Positions 18,062 through 27,345 of a DNA stretch of 64,000 nt are shown one piece after another. Source of the stretch: Verrucomicrobiota bacterium (GTDB lineage: Bacteria; Verrucomicrobiota; Verrucomicrobiia; Limisphaerales; UBA8199). The stretch covers positions 11,298 through 75,297 of the forward strand of contig PSRM01000182.1 of assembly GCA_003176045.1 (NCBI GenBank), in the 5' to 3' direction. Each line of letters starts with the position of its first letter. The first letter of the stretch is position 1. Made by a program: the position numbers and the translations under genes. The notes beneath the pieces were generated by a model that was not told where the DNA came from, ran no database searches, and saw nothing but the letters and a program-made list of their open reading frames with translations.

Positions 18062-19525
18062 ATGACGACCGCTCCCATTGATCTTCGCGCCCGAGCGCGC
18101 CAGGCGGTGATTGCCGCAGGGTTCCATCCGGATTTTCCACCCGATGTGCTGCGTGAGGTGCAGGCACTTCGGGAGAGAGGACAGAGGACAGAGGTCCAGG
18201 CGCGGGATTTGCGCGCGATGCTGTGGTCCTCGATTGATAACGATACCTCACGCGATCTGGACCAGGTGGAATTTGTTGAAAAACTCGCGAATGGCACGGT
18301 GCGGTTGCTGGTTGGAATTGCCGACGTGGACGGGTCGGTGCCAAAAGGCTCTGCCACTGATCGTGAAGCGGGTGCGGATACGATCTCTGTTTATACGGGC
18401 GTGGCGACCTTTCCCATGCTGCCCGCAGAGCTTTCGAACGACATGACCTCGTTGGTGGGCGGGCAGGACCGGCCCTCCATTGTCATCGAGGTTCGCATCA
18501 ATGATTCCGGAGAGGCCATTGGGCACGAGATTTATCCGGCCTTGCTGCACAACAAGGCGAAACTTGCATACAGCTCCACCGGCGCCTGGCTGGAAGGGCG
18601 CGGCCCGATGCCTGAAGCCATCGCTAATGTTCCCGGCATGGAGCAACAACTGCGGCTTCAACAGGAAACATGCGAGCGGCTGCGTGGTTTGCGCAAGGCG
18701 CATGGCGCCCTGACGTTCGGCTCGATCGAGGCAATGCCGGTGATGGACGGTGGCCAGGTAAAGGAGATGGCCATACGGCAACACAACGTAGCCGAAGATA
18801 TCATCGAGAGTTTCATGGTGACCGCGAACGTGGCCATGGCCCGGTTTCTTAAAGAGAAAGGGTCCCTTTCGATCCGGCGCGTGGTCAGGACCCCCAAACG
18901 CTGGGACCGCATCCAGGCCATCGCGGCCCAGTTCGGCACGAAACTTCCGGCGACGCCGGACCCGCGCGCTCTTTCAGAGTTCCTGGATGCCAGGAAGACA
19001 GCCGATCCGGACCATTTTCCGGACCTGTCACTTTCGATCGTGAAACTGCTTGGGCCCGGTGAATACATCGTCGAGCCGGCCGGCGCTGAAAGCACGGGCC
19101 ATTTCGGTCTGGCGCTGCATGATTACACTCACTCCACCGCGCCGAATCGGCGCTACGCCGATCTAATAACTCAGCGTCTGCTTAAGGCCACCTCAGGCAA
19201 GGGCCCGGCGCCGTATTCAGGAGAGGAGCTGAGCGCGATTGCCGCGCATTGCACCGAGCGCGAGGACGCCGCGCGAAAAGTCGAGCGCCTGATGCGCAAA
19301 GTGGCGGCCGCCAGCCTGCTCAGCCAGCGGATCGGGGAAACATTTGATGGCATCATCACCGGCGCCTCGCCAAAAGGCACCTGGGTGCGCCTGCTCAAGT
19401 TCCCGGCCGAAGGCCGAGTGGTCCATGGCGCGCAAGGCATTGATGTCGGGGATAAAGTGCGGGTCCGGTTGGCAACGGTGGATGTCTGGAAAGGGTTTAT
19501 TGATTTTGATAGGGTTGGGGGATAA
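18062..19525 (+). CDS. RNB-domain exoribonuclease (RNase II/R family, compact form)
   Basis: SIDNDTSRDLDQ, VGIADV, IIESFMVTAN, HFGL..DYTHSTAPNRRYADL, C-terminal S1-like domain. Confidence 0.92.
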   Translation: MTTAPIDLRARARQAVIAAGFHPDFPPDVLREVQALRERGQRTEVQARDLRAMLWSSIDNDTSRDLDQVEFVEKLANGTVRLLVGIADVDGSVPKGSATDREAGADTISVYTGVATFPMLPAELSNDMTSLVGGQDRPSIVIEVRINDSGEAIGHEIYPALLHNKAKLAYSSTGAWLEGRGPMPEAIANVPGMEQQLRLQQETCERLRGLRKAHGALTFGSIEAMPVMDGGQVKEMAIRQHNVAEDIIESFMVTANVAMARFLKEKGSLSIRRVVRTPKRWDRIQAIAAQFGTKLPATPDPRALSEFLDARKTADPDHFPDLSLSIVKLLGPGEYIVEPAGAESTGHFGLALHDYTHSTAPNRRYADLITQRLLKATSGKGPAPYSGEELSAIAAHCTEREDAARKVERLMRKVAAASLLSQRIGETFDGIITGASPKGTWVRLLKFPAEGRVVHGAQGIDVGDKVRVRLATVDVWKGFIDFDRVGG

Positions 19526-19555
19526 AAAGGGGATTCGCGTGAATGGACGGTGGTA

Positions 19556-19758
19556 TGGAGCGCCGAATTCCATTTCGGCGAGGAGGTAAGGCGATGCGCG
19601 TGTTCGCGCCGAAAAGGAGTTCGGCGCTCCTTAGAGTTGGGCCGGCGTCTGTGGCGCATGTTTCCAACCTGCTGTATCGCCGACTTCCAGTCGGCAGACT
19701 TACCTCCGGCTCAGTGTGCGAATCCATTCAATTAGAGCCTCGTCACCTCGGCTGCTAC
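19556..19758. repeat. Mixed REP-like cluster between convergent genes
   Basis: GGAGCGCCGAA...TTCGGCGCTCC pair, TTCCAACCTGCTGTATCGCCGACTTCCAGTCGGC, and GAGCCTCGTCACCTCGGCTGCTAC. Confidence 0.7.
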
Positions 19759-19760
19759 CA

Positions 19761-20480
19761 TTATTTTACACCCGATGGGGCGGGCGAGACGCTTGCCCTG
19801 CTTTGGGCCAATTGCAGATGGGTCAGCGCGTAGAGCATCAGGTAGGAAACAAACAGGAACGCTGCGAACATCATTGGAAAAGCCACACTGTTCAAGTGGC
19901 CCGTCGGTCGGAGAGCTAGTGAACCGATGCCATGATAGAGGGCGATTGGCTTCAGGAGAACGTCCCAACTGTTGAACCGGAGGAACCGCCCCAGATAGAT
20001 CCCAATGGCGCTCAGACTGGCAACGACAACAATGAAACCCCAGCTCGCCAAACGTCCGGCAATTTCGATAACAAGGGACTGCATCAGAAACAACGACAGA
20101 AAGCCCAAAACCAAACCTGTCACCGCCGAAAGCATAATCAGCGTCAGGTCCACCCAAAAATAGTGGAAGTAACCTGTCGTGAGATGGATGACATCCGTGA
20201 AGATGTAGGGTGCATTCGGAAAAAAGAGCAGCCACGCGGCACCGACTGCCCAGAAGCGCCATTTGCGAGCGCCGCATTGGCGGTATTCATCATAAGCCAA
20301 AAGAGCAAACGCCAGTGGCATCCACGCCAGGAAAAGATTCCAAACCAGGTAAGCCGAGTACCATTCGCGCGTCCAGATGATGCGCGCCACCACCAGCAGC
20401 ACACTTACGGCGGATGCGAAAGTCAGCGCCAGAACCGGAAAAGCGGTTTGAGGTTTTAAAGCAAGTTTCAATAATTTCAT
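19761..20480 (-). CDS. DUF1361-family membrane protein
   Basis: LVWNLFLAWMP, WLLFFPNAPYIFTD.IHL, GIYLGRFLRFNSWD. Confidence 0.9.
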   Translation of the reverse strand: MKLLKLALKPQTAFPVLALTFASAVSVLLVVARIIWTREWYSAYLVWNLFLAWMPLAFALLAYDEYRQCGARKWRFWAVGAAWLLFFPNAPYIFTDVIHLTTGYFHYFWVDLTLIMLSAVTGLVLGFLSLFLMQSLVIEIAGRLASWGFIVVVASLSAIGIYLGRFLRFNSWDVLLKPIALYHGIGSLALRPTGHLNSVAFPMMFAAFLFVSYLMLYALTHLQLAQSRASVSPAPSGVK

Positions 20481-20627
20481 ACAGTGACTTCCAAAGTACG
20501 GTTGCGGCTCATGACTTAGACCTCGAATGGCCCTGTTGCGCTCAATTTACCCGAGGGCTCCAGCCTCGGGAGCAGGATCCAGGCCACACGGACGCCGGAT
20601 TCACGCAGGGCCAATGACAAACTCCAC

Positions 20628-20747
20628 TGTAGGGCAGGCTTTCGAGCCTGCCGGTTCAGGGGGCTTTTCAGCCCCCTGAACCATGGCCTTCCAGGTTCGC
20701 GGCGCTGGAAAGCGCCGCAACCGGCAGGCTGGAAGGCCTGCCCTACA
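20628..20747. repeat. About 120-bp composite GTAG-REP element (copy 1 of 3)
   Basis: TGTAGGGCAGGCTTTC...GCCTGCCCTACA termini with two internal hairpins; other copies at 50585-50706 and 61078-61199. Confidence 0.85.
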
Positions 20748-20771
20748 GACTTTGTCACCAGCGCTGCATCT

Positions 20772-21008
20772 TCACCTCCTCTGATCTTTCTGGCCAAATC
20801 GTTCCGCGGCCGCGAGGAGCATCGCGCCCAGAAAAACCGCCGTGCCGATGAAAAATAATGCCACGGCCACCAGCACGAAGGAATCGCTCTTTGGTTCAGA
20901 AAGAGCCGGACCGAGAATTGTCAGGCCTCCAACTCCGAAGCAGAGGAACGACAAAACAGCAGCGATACGGAGCAAATGTTTCATAGTCGTGTTGGTCGCG
21001 TAAAACAT
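20772..21008 (-). CDS. Small two-TM membrane protein
   Basis: Two hydrophobic helices; start overlaps the upstream stop (TAATG). Confidence 0.65.
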   Translation of the reverse strand: MFYATNTTMKHLLRIAAVLSFLCFGVGGLTILGPALSEPKSDSFVLVAVALFFIGTAVFLGAMLLAAAERFGQKDQRR

Positions 21009-21745
21009 TAGCCCGGCAAAATCCGCGCAAATCGAGCGGAAACCGGTGTCGGTGCGCGGCTCAGAATGGCGGCGGCCACTTCATCAAAGAGCAAGCCGCA
21101 GTCCCACCAAAAAGTTGTGGCCGAGACCCCGACTGCCCGGAGGATGGTTCGATGATCGACTATGACCACAAGGCAGGCAGCTCGAAAGACCAACCGCCAG
21201 ACTAGCCGCAGCAATGCGCGTTCGGGCAGGGACAGCGAGACAAGGGCCGCCTGGAGGAAATCCACGTGAAAGCCCAGGTGCCCATCTTCGTCATGGAGAA
21301 TCTGCGAAAACACAGCCTTCAGCGCCGGGTCATCGAATCGATCGCGCAAAGCACGGAAATACCGTTTGGCGATCATCTCCGGAATTAGCAACACCAGCAA
21401 CTCGTGCCGGAGGCCGAACAAACGGCGCAAAAGAATGAAGCAACCGTCGCTCCAGTGCATCTTGAGCAAGGGCGCGTTCTGTTTTTGCAAAATGCAGGCC
21501 ATGAGCCGCGCATGTTCCTGTTCTTCCTTGATGAATAACTCAATGGCCGCCTGGTAAGCAGGGTCACCCGTCGTGGCGGCATGGCTGCGCAAATGGTTGC
21601 CCTCGCCGCTTTCTCCGACCTGGAACCGCTGCAGCGAGCGGATCAGCGGCGCGCGTAACGCGTGGGCGAGTTCGATTGGTTTCTGCCAGTCAATTTCAGC
21701 TCGATGGGTACGGTTGTGTTCGAAATAGTTCAGCCAGTTCTTCAT
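21008..21745 (-). CDS. Ferritin-like di-iron domain protein
   Basis: FQVGESGEG, EEQEH, E..AKRYF and DEDGH carboxylate/His ligand pattern. Confidence 0.85.
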   Translation of the reverse strand: MKNWLNYFEHNRTHRAEIDWQKPIELAHALRAPLIRSLQRFQVGESGEGNHLRSHAATTGDPAYQAAIELFIKEEQEHARLMACILQKQNAPLLKMHWSDGCFILLRRLFGLRHELLVLLIPEMIAKRYFRALRDRFDDPALKAVFSQILHDEDGHLGFHVDFLQAALVSLSLPERALLRLVWRLVFRAACLVVIVDHRTILRAVGVSATTFWWDCGLLFDEVAAAILSRAPTPVSARFARILPG

Positions 21746-21786
21746 AGTCCGATTCCTCCCGGTCGTGCAGACGTTGTGAAATAATT

Positions 21787-21871
21787 GTAGGAGCCGAGGT
21801 AACGAGGCTCTAATTTTTTTGTACCCTGCTTGTGCACAAGGATTTCAGAGCCTCGTTACCTCGGCTGCTAC
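21787..21871. repeat. Inverted REP-like doublet (GTAGsAGCCGAGGTAACGAGGCTC)
   Basis: Inverted pair; the same family occurs at 19735-19758 and in-frame at 39403-39485. Confidence 0.8.
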
Positions 21872-21924
21872 GGGGGTTTTGGATTTCTTCACAGCTTGAT
21901 TTCATAGGTATCGAATATTTCCAG

Positions 21925-22812
21925 CTAGGTTGTGAGTGCCGGCAATTGAGCGGATTCCGTTTGAAAACGTTCATGTTTCGCAGCGTAATTCTTTAGCCAG
22001 CGTTGTATGGCTGAAATAGTTGAATCGGGCGTGGACGTCCCTGCAGTAATTCCTACCGTCTGGGCGTTGATAAACCATTCCTCGCACAAGTCCGCCGCCG
22101 TTTGCACGTGAAACACGCGAGCACAGTATCGCCGGCAGGTTTTAACCAATTCCTGCGTGTTATTGCTGTGGGCTCCCCCGATTACAACAACTACGTCCGA
22201 TTGCTCCGCCAGTCCCATGGCGGCGGTTTGTCGCTGCTTGGTGGGCCGGCAAACCGTGTCAATGAAACGCACTTCGGACTCAGGAAACCGCTGGCGGATC
22301 AGTTCCACCAGCTCCTCAACCCTCTCGATGGGCTGGGTAGTTTGCGCGGCCACTCCAAACTTCTTTCGTTCCCTGAGCGCCAGCACATCCTCGGCGGACA
22401 GCACCACATCAAATTCTGCCAAATCTTCGGTAATTCCTCTTACTTCAACGTGGTCCCTTTTGCCTATGATCACCGGGTGGTATCCCTCCCGCACTAGCAT
22501 CGCGACGGCCTGATGGGCTACGTGGACCAATGGGCATGTTGCCTCCCTCACCTTAAGCCCTCGGCTTCGGGCGCGCTCCAGAGCCTTTTCGGAGGCGCCG
22601 TGGGCCGTGATCATTACGGCTTTGGTCTGCACCTCGGCTGCGTGCTGCGAAACCCGAATTCCCCGGCGCCGCAGGTCCGCAAGAACGGTTTCATTGTGGA
22701 CCAGGTCCCCCAGAATCGTCATCGGCCCCGCTTTGGACTGCTCCAGCGCCAGCGCAATGGCGTCCCTTACCCCAAAACACATGCCCAGATGCTCTGCCAA
22801 AATCACTCTCAT
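21925..22812 (-). CDS. ispH: 4-hydroxy-3-methylbut-2-enyl diphosphate reductase (IspH/LytB)
   Basis: MCFGV, VHN, AHG, ATCPLV, HVEV, QTT, TVCRPT, SNNT, TAGTSTP; three Fe-S cysteines present. Confidence 0.93.
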   Translation of the reverse strand: MRVILAEHLGMCFGVRDAIALALEQSKAGPMTILGDLVHNETVLADLRRRGIRVSQHAAEVQTKAVMITAHGASEKALERARSRGLKVREATCPLVHVAHQAVAMLVREGYHPVIIGKRDHVEVRGITEDLAEFDVVLSAEDVLALRERKKFGVAAQTTQPIERVEELVELIRQRFPESEVRFIDTVCRPTKQRQTAAMGLAEQSDVVVVIGGAHSNNTQELVKTCRRYCARVFHVQTAADLCEEWFINAQTVGITAGTSTPDSTISAIQRWLKNYAAKHERFQTESAQLPALTT

Positions 22813-22818
22813 ACTGAC

Positions 22819-22850
22819 TTACTTTGTATCACAAAGTAAAAGAGTGTCAA
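22819..22850 (-). promoter_or_regulatory. ispH promoter with operator palindrome TTACTTTGT-ATC-ACAAAGTAA
   Basis: Perfect 9-bp inverted repeat; minus strand reads TTGACA-N18-CAAAGT-N8-ATG. Confidence 0.7.
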
Positions 22851-22889
22851 TAGGGGTTTTTGTTCAAAAAAACATTGTAGCAGCCGATT

Positions 22890-23198
22890 CTATTTCGGCT
22901 TATTTTGCCGAATGATCTGCTCGAGCAGGTTAATATAGTCACTAAAGGCCCTTTTCCCCGCCGCTGTGAGTGAACACGTGGTATGCGGCCGATTGTTTTG
23001 GAAAGATTTGGTTACGGACAGATAACCAGCCTCCTGAAGAGTACGGATATGGGTCGTGAGATTGCCGTCGGTCATCCCGAGGGCATCCCGCATCTCCGTA
23101 AAGGAAAGCTCAGGCGAGGCGGCGAGCATGGACATGATGGCCAGCCGCCCTTTCTCGTGAATGATGCGATCGAGCTGAAGGAAGGGTTCCGGGTTCAC
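22890..23198 (-). CDS. Winged-helix transcriptional regulator (HTH_34, MarR/ArsR-like)
   Basis: LDRIIHEKGRLAIMSML...FTEMR..LGMTDGNL..H.R.L.EAGY. Confidence 0.9.
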   Translation of the reverse strand: MNPEPFLQLDRIIHEKGRLAIMSMLAASPELSFTEMRDALGMTDGNLTTHIRTLQEAGYLSVTKSFQNNRPHTTCSLTAAGKRAFSDYINLLEQIIRQNKPK

Positions 23199-23908
23199 AT
23201 TTCATTCCTGCGCGGCTCGGTGAAATAAAGGTAAATCCCGTAAGCTAAATGCCCCAGGCCGAAGAAAAAGCCCATCACGCCATGACCAAAGTGAATTCGG
23301 GCAAGCCGGCTTGCCGCCAACGCATCCGGTAAACCCAACACGAGAAAAGAGCTGGCCCCCAACACGAACGCCAGGCCGAACAGTTTCATCCCGCGGGGCA
23401 TAAAAAAACCGGCTGCGTGGATCGCGCAGCCGTAAAGGCCAATCCAGGCCAAAGGCAACCAATCTAAACTGAGGACTTTAACAAGCTCGTCGGCAGGGTT
23501 GCCCAGATTGATGTCCACGAAAGATGACGATGTCAGATCAATCCTCAATTGATGAGGGCCGGCCCGAATTATCAAAACCAAGCCGAGCGCAAACCCAAAG
23601 ACCAAAGCAGGCAGCAATGCCTGAGCCACGCGCCGTGTGGGCGGTGACCAGAAAGGTTCGGCTGCCTTGAGCGATTGCCGGCGAATGAGCAGAAATGATC
23701 CGCTCGCGCCGATGAGGGCCACAACCATCCAGTAGCCAATGAACACACGCGGCGGTTCCAACCGCATCAACCACCCAAACGCCCCGGCCAGAATACCCAG
23801 CACGCCGTTGAAGATCATCACGGGGGCCAGCGCCCGCCGATACACGGCGGCCCGCTCCATCAACGTGCGTATGACCTGAATATGCTCAGCAGCAGCATTG
23901 GATTCCAT
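23195..23908 (-). CDS. Multi-TM membrane protein coupled to the HTH regulator
   Basis: A.EHIQVIRTLMER N-terminus, about 6 TMs, FGLGHLAYG; stop overlaps the regulator start. Start moved to ATG 23908 because 23944 is the -35 box. Confidence 0.8.
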   Translation of the reverse strand: MESNAAAEHIQVIRTLMERAAVYRRALAPVMIFNGVLGILAGAFGWLMRLEPPRVFIGYWMVVALIGASGSFLLIRRQSLKAAEPFWSPPTRRVAQALLPALVFGFALGLVLIIRAGPHQLRIDLTSSSFVDINLGNPADELVKVLSLDWLPLAWIGLYGCAIHAAGFFMPRGMKLFGLAFVLGASSFLVLGLPDALAASRLARIHFGHGVMGFFFGLGHLAYGIYLYFTEPRRNEM

Positions 23909-23914
23909 GCCAAG

Positions 23915-23944
23915 ACTTTGCATTACAAAGCCTTGCCTTGTCAA
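23915..23944 (-). promoter_or_regulatory. Promoter/operator of the membrane protein-HTH operon (CTTTG-N5-CAAAG)
   Basis: Minus strand reads TTGACA-N18-CAAAGT-N6-ATG, the same architecture as the ispH promoter. Confidence 0.65.
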
Positions 23945-23989
23945 GCTTCGGCGAGCCCGGTGATGCCCGTGGATACCGCCACACGGCGC

Positions 23990-24101
23990 AAGGAGCGCGG
24001 CATTTATGCCGCTTCAACTGACGTAGCGCGATGGACGTACCTGGTAACACCGGCGCTTCTGTGCGTTCGGAGCGTGAAGCGGCATAAATGCCGCGCTCCT
24101 T
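23990..24101. repeat. 27-bp perfect inverted repeat pair (REP-like doublet)
   Basis: AAGGAGCGCGGCATTTATGCCGCTTCA at 23990-24016 and its reverse complement at 24075-24101. Confidence 0.85.
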
Positions 24102-24197
24102 CCCTTCGGCGGCCACCGTCAATCAGGGTGGTGGTATGCACCCGTCCGCTCACAGCACCGTTTGCCTAACCTCAGTTTTGCGAATTGCGAAACACCG

Positions 24198-24232
24198 AAA
24201 GCCGGAACTCCTTGAACAGAATTCCGGCTTTT
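24198..24232. terminator. Probable intrinsic terminator
   Basis: AAAGCCGGAA...TTCCGGCTTT stem about 50 bp downstream of the 24280 stop. Confidence 0.55.
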
Positions 24233-24279
24233 AGTCTTCCCCCTCGGCAATTGGTTGCCCGACCAGTCCGCTCCACTGG

Positions 24280-24672
24280 CTATGCTTCGACTAACTCCAG
24301 CTCGTCCGCCTCGGAATAATTGGGCTCCTCATATTCGGAAGTCTTCTCTTCCGGCTCAGGCGTCAGATCAACCTTTACCCTTGGTAGAACCGGCGCCAGC
24401 TTGCGCGGTTGCGGAGCCGAGCCGGGCAGGACCAAATCGAAGTCGAACGGTTCCGCTTCTCCCCCCTGGTCGAATCGCGCGATCCACTCCTGGACCTCGC
24501 CTGGCAAAAGCAACAGGGTCGTATGTTGTTGCTCATCGGTGAATGTGATCGCGGCACCCATTACCCCAGAGTGGCCTATGCCTGCTCGGCGTAACGCGCG
24601 GGCTACGGGGCAATCTTCCGGATCACGTCTCTGTCCCCTTTGAATGTCCTCTCTGCTCACTATGATTTTCAT
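24280..24672 (-). CDS. Hypothetical protein (CPVARAL motif, acidic tail)
   Basis: ATG at 24672 preceded by GGAG; MKIIVSREDIQRGQRRDPEDCPVARALRRAG...WIARFD. Confidence 0.65.
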   Translation of the reverse strand: MKIIVSREDIQRGQRRDPEDCPVARALRRAGIGHSGVMGAAITFTDEQQHTTLLLLPGEVQEWIARFDQGGEAEPFDFDLVLPGSAPQPRKLAPVLPRVKVDLTPEPEEKTSEYEEPNYSEADELELVEA

Positions 24673-25239
24673 AAACTCTGTTTCTCCAATCTCGCTCGCC
24701 CGCCAGCCATAGTAACAGGGGTCTTCACCCATCGTCCCGGCGAAATTCCCCTACGCAGAGCGGACGGCCTCGCCCGCTCTTCCGCTCTCAGTCTCACGCT
24801 TTTCGCAGCTCGGGGAAGCTCCGAAAGCTTTCCTCTATTTACAATTTTTTTGCAAGTTCCGATTTCCCGTCCGTCTGCTCTGTGATTAGTGCTTATGGCA
24901 AATCGAACAAACCCACCACCGCCCTCCCGCAAAGTTGTCGCGAGTGGGCTGAAGCCCGGAGTTAATGAAACGGGATATGAAATGCTCGGGCTAAAGCCGC
25001 GGACGAGGCCGTCCGCACTCCTTTTTCTCAAATCTGGGTTGGCACGGTCCTTGCCCGCAAGAATCCCGGAACCCAGGAGGCGCCTGGCTCCTCCTACAGG
25101 TAGGCAGGAAGCAGCGCCGCCAAAACAAACTTCGCCTGCTCCCGGCAGCAGACGGCTGGCCGAGGATGAGCGAACCTCAAGGGCGCTTCCTCACGGTCGC
25201 GGCTCTGTTCGGAGGGGCGGGCGGGCAAAACGAACGAGC

Positions 25240-25512
25240 ATGAAACTGCTGTTTTTCTCCGAGGACTCTTCGGAAGTGGATCAGGCGCGCCAGCAGCTTA
25301 TCCTGGTTGGCATCATGTGTGAAACCCGGCATAGCCCCGAGATCCAAGGGCTGGAGCCAAATCCGGCCGCATTCGAGTTATGGATCCAAAGGAAACAGGA
25401 CTCACACAAGGCTTTGATGCTTTGCGCCGAACTGGGGATCGGTTTTTCACGCCGGCCAGTCAGAATTTTGACCATCGAAGACCTCGATGAAGAATTGCTG
25501 GAGGCTGCGTAA
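25240..25512 (+). CDS. Small hypothetical protein (DUF2007-like)
   Basis: MKLLFFSEDSSEV...L...GI.CE...ELWI...D..KA; the upstream extension to 24889 is low-complexity and palindrome-derived. Confidence 0.55.
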   Translation: MKLLFFSEDSSEVDQARQQLILVGIMCETRHSPEIQGLEPNPAAFELWIQRKQDSHKALMLCAELGIGFSRRPVRILTIEDLDEELLEAA

Positions 25513-25518
25513 GAGCAA

Positions 25519-27195
25519 TCAGTTGGATGCTCCGGTGGCATCCAGTTTGCCCATGATGTTCTTCACTAGTTTAGCCTGAAGGGCTTGCTGCTGCCGGTAT
25601 TTATCCAGTTGATCGGGTGTCAGGATCGGCTCCAGCGCTTTGGTTTTCTGCTCGAGCATTTTTACCATAGCGTCCGCAGTGTTTGCGCCGTCCAGTTTCG
25701 CAGTTCCGCCCAGTTGGCTGACGCTCAATTCGTAAAGTGCCGCAAACACGCGGTCTTCCTGCTCCGGACTTAAGCCCAGAGTCGAGTGCAATTGAAGCAA
25801 TTCCTGGTTGGCCGCCAGGCGCGCGTTCTCCGAATTCTCCTCCTGTTTGTATGCAGGATACGCGACTTGCTGCTCGGGAGTCAGGAGGGCTTTGATTTGC
25901 GTATCTGGATCGCCTGCATCTTTGCCCATCTTAGTAAGCGCATCCTTGTCATAGTGCCCCGAGAACACCTGTTGCATCCCCGCGGACATGGCTTTTGCCT
26001 GGCGCATCAGGATTTCCCGGGCGGCCTGCACTTGCTCGGGACTGAGGCCGAGCGTGGCGGTCATCCGAGAGAGGCGACCCTCCAATTGTTGTTCCATCGC
26101 ATAGGTCATCGCATCCTCCATGGCGGTGGCATTAGAACTGGCTTGGGCCTTGTCTTGAGCAAGCTTCGCGCGCAACTGATCGGCTTGCGCGTTTGCGCGC
26201 CGGGCCAATCCGGCCATTTTTCGCAAGCGCGCCAGTTCCGGCTCCGTTTGGGCCTTGTATTGGCGCAGAGTCTGCAATTCGCTTTGGCCGGGCGCAGTGC
26301 CGCGCAACCGCTCGACTTCTTCGCGCAACGCCGCTAGCTCATCGGCCTGTGCTTGCGGCTCCATTTGCTGCGCGCGCAGTTTCGCGTTTTCTGATTTCGC
26401 GCGCTCCAGCCTGGTCTGCTGCAACGCTGGGACTGCAATGCCGGCCAGAACAAGCGCGCCGGCCAGGGTAAGTTTCACTTTTGTCATGCTCATAAGTTTA
26501 ATGAAGGTTAATGTGATCGAACTGGCTGCGGCCTCACCCGTCATGGCGGCAGTTGCCAGAGCGGAGGTGGCGATAGTGGCGCCCAGCGCCGAGGGAGCCG
26601 GGGTAATCGCGCCGATTGCCAGCGCTGCGGCCAGCCCGGAGGCTGTCGAGGTGATGCCGCGCCGGGCCAGCAGGTGTCGGAGCTTCTCCTTTGCGCGCTC
26701 CACCCGCATGCGGGCCGCGTTCTCGTCCACTCCGAGCATCGAGCCCACTTCGCGCAGTGGCCGGTCTTCGAGAAAGCGCAGCACAATGGCCGCGCAATCG
26801 GTTTCGTTCAAATCATGCAGAGCGTCATCCAGCACGGGCCGGAGCTGCTCCCAACCCTGCTCGGCCGAGGTCTCCGACAGTAATTCATTCATGGTGTGGG
26901 CCTCCAGTTCGCGTGTGCGGCGCCGCTGCTCGGAACGCCGCGCATTGGACGCCAGATGGCGGACAGTGGTGTAAAGCCAGCCCGCCACGGATGGGTGGCG
27001 GAGCAGTCGTTGGGCTTTGCGAGCCAGTTCAGTGAACACGCCTTGCGCAATATCTTGCGCCTCGGCGCCATTGCCATTGGCTTCCCGCAGGGCCGCCGCA
27101 TAGACCATGTTCACGTGCTCGTGCACCAGGTCCGTGAAGGCCATCTCGGAGCCCTCGCTTACATACTGTCGTAATAGTTCCGTATCGTTGTTCAT
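25519..27195 (-). CDS. ECF sigma-70 factor with C-terminal TM and long coiled-coil extension
   Basis: DTELLRQY, AFTDLV, AQDIAQGVF, GWLY, LRFLE, AARMRVERA..KLR; hydrophobic segment, then Q/A/E-rich helices. Start set at ATG 27195. Confidence 0.9.
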   Translation of the reverse strand: MNNDTELLRQYVSEGSEMAFTDLVHEHVNMVYAAALREANGNGAEAQDIAQGVFTELARKAQRLLRHPSVAGWLYTTVRHLASNARRSEQRRRTRELEAHTMNELLSETSAEQGWEQLRPVLDDALHDLNETDCAAIVLRFLEDRPLREVGSMLGVDENAARMRVERAKEKLRHLLARRGITSTASGLAAALAIGAITPAPSALGATIATSALATAAMTGEAAASSITLTFIKLMSMTKVKLTLAGALVLAGIAVPALQQTRLERAKSENAKLRAQQMEPQAQADELAALREEVERLRGTAPGQSELQTLRQYKAQTEPELARLRKMAGLARRANAQADQLRAKLAQDKAQASSNATAMEDAMTYAMEQQLEGRLSRMTATLGLSPEQVQAAREILMRQAKAMSAGMQQVFSGHYDKDALTKMGKDAGDPDTQIKALLTPEQQVAYPAYKQEENSENARLAANQELLQLHSTLGLSPEQEDRVFAALYELSVSQLGGTAKLDGANTADAMVKMLEQKTKALEPILTPDQLDKYRQQQALQAKLVKNIMGKLDATGASN

Positions 27196-27345
27196 TTGCC
27201 CTTCATAAGTGATATGTGCGCTGGTAGCCAAAACCGCACAGGCAAACCAAATTAATGGATGCGTTCTATACGTGTTTTATAGGCCAGGGTTGAGGTTCTG
27301 GCTCTCCTTTTTTTGCCAAATGATTGGGCAAGAAATGGCTAGTCC

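Noticed and set aside
24889-25239. N-terminal extension of the 207-aa ORF
   Set aside because: Low-complexity and palindrome-derived; ATG 25240 gives a compact plausible protein.
27236-27272. GCACAGGCAAACC...TGGATGCG resembling a c-di-GMP-I riboswitch
   Set aside because: It lacks the GNRA loop and second stem, and no plus-strand gene follows; it is more likely the sigma-factor promoter region on the other strand.
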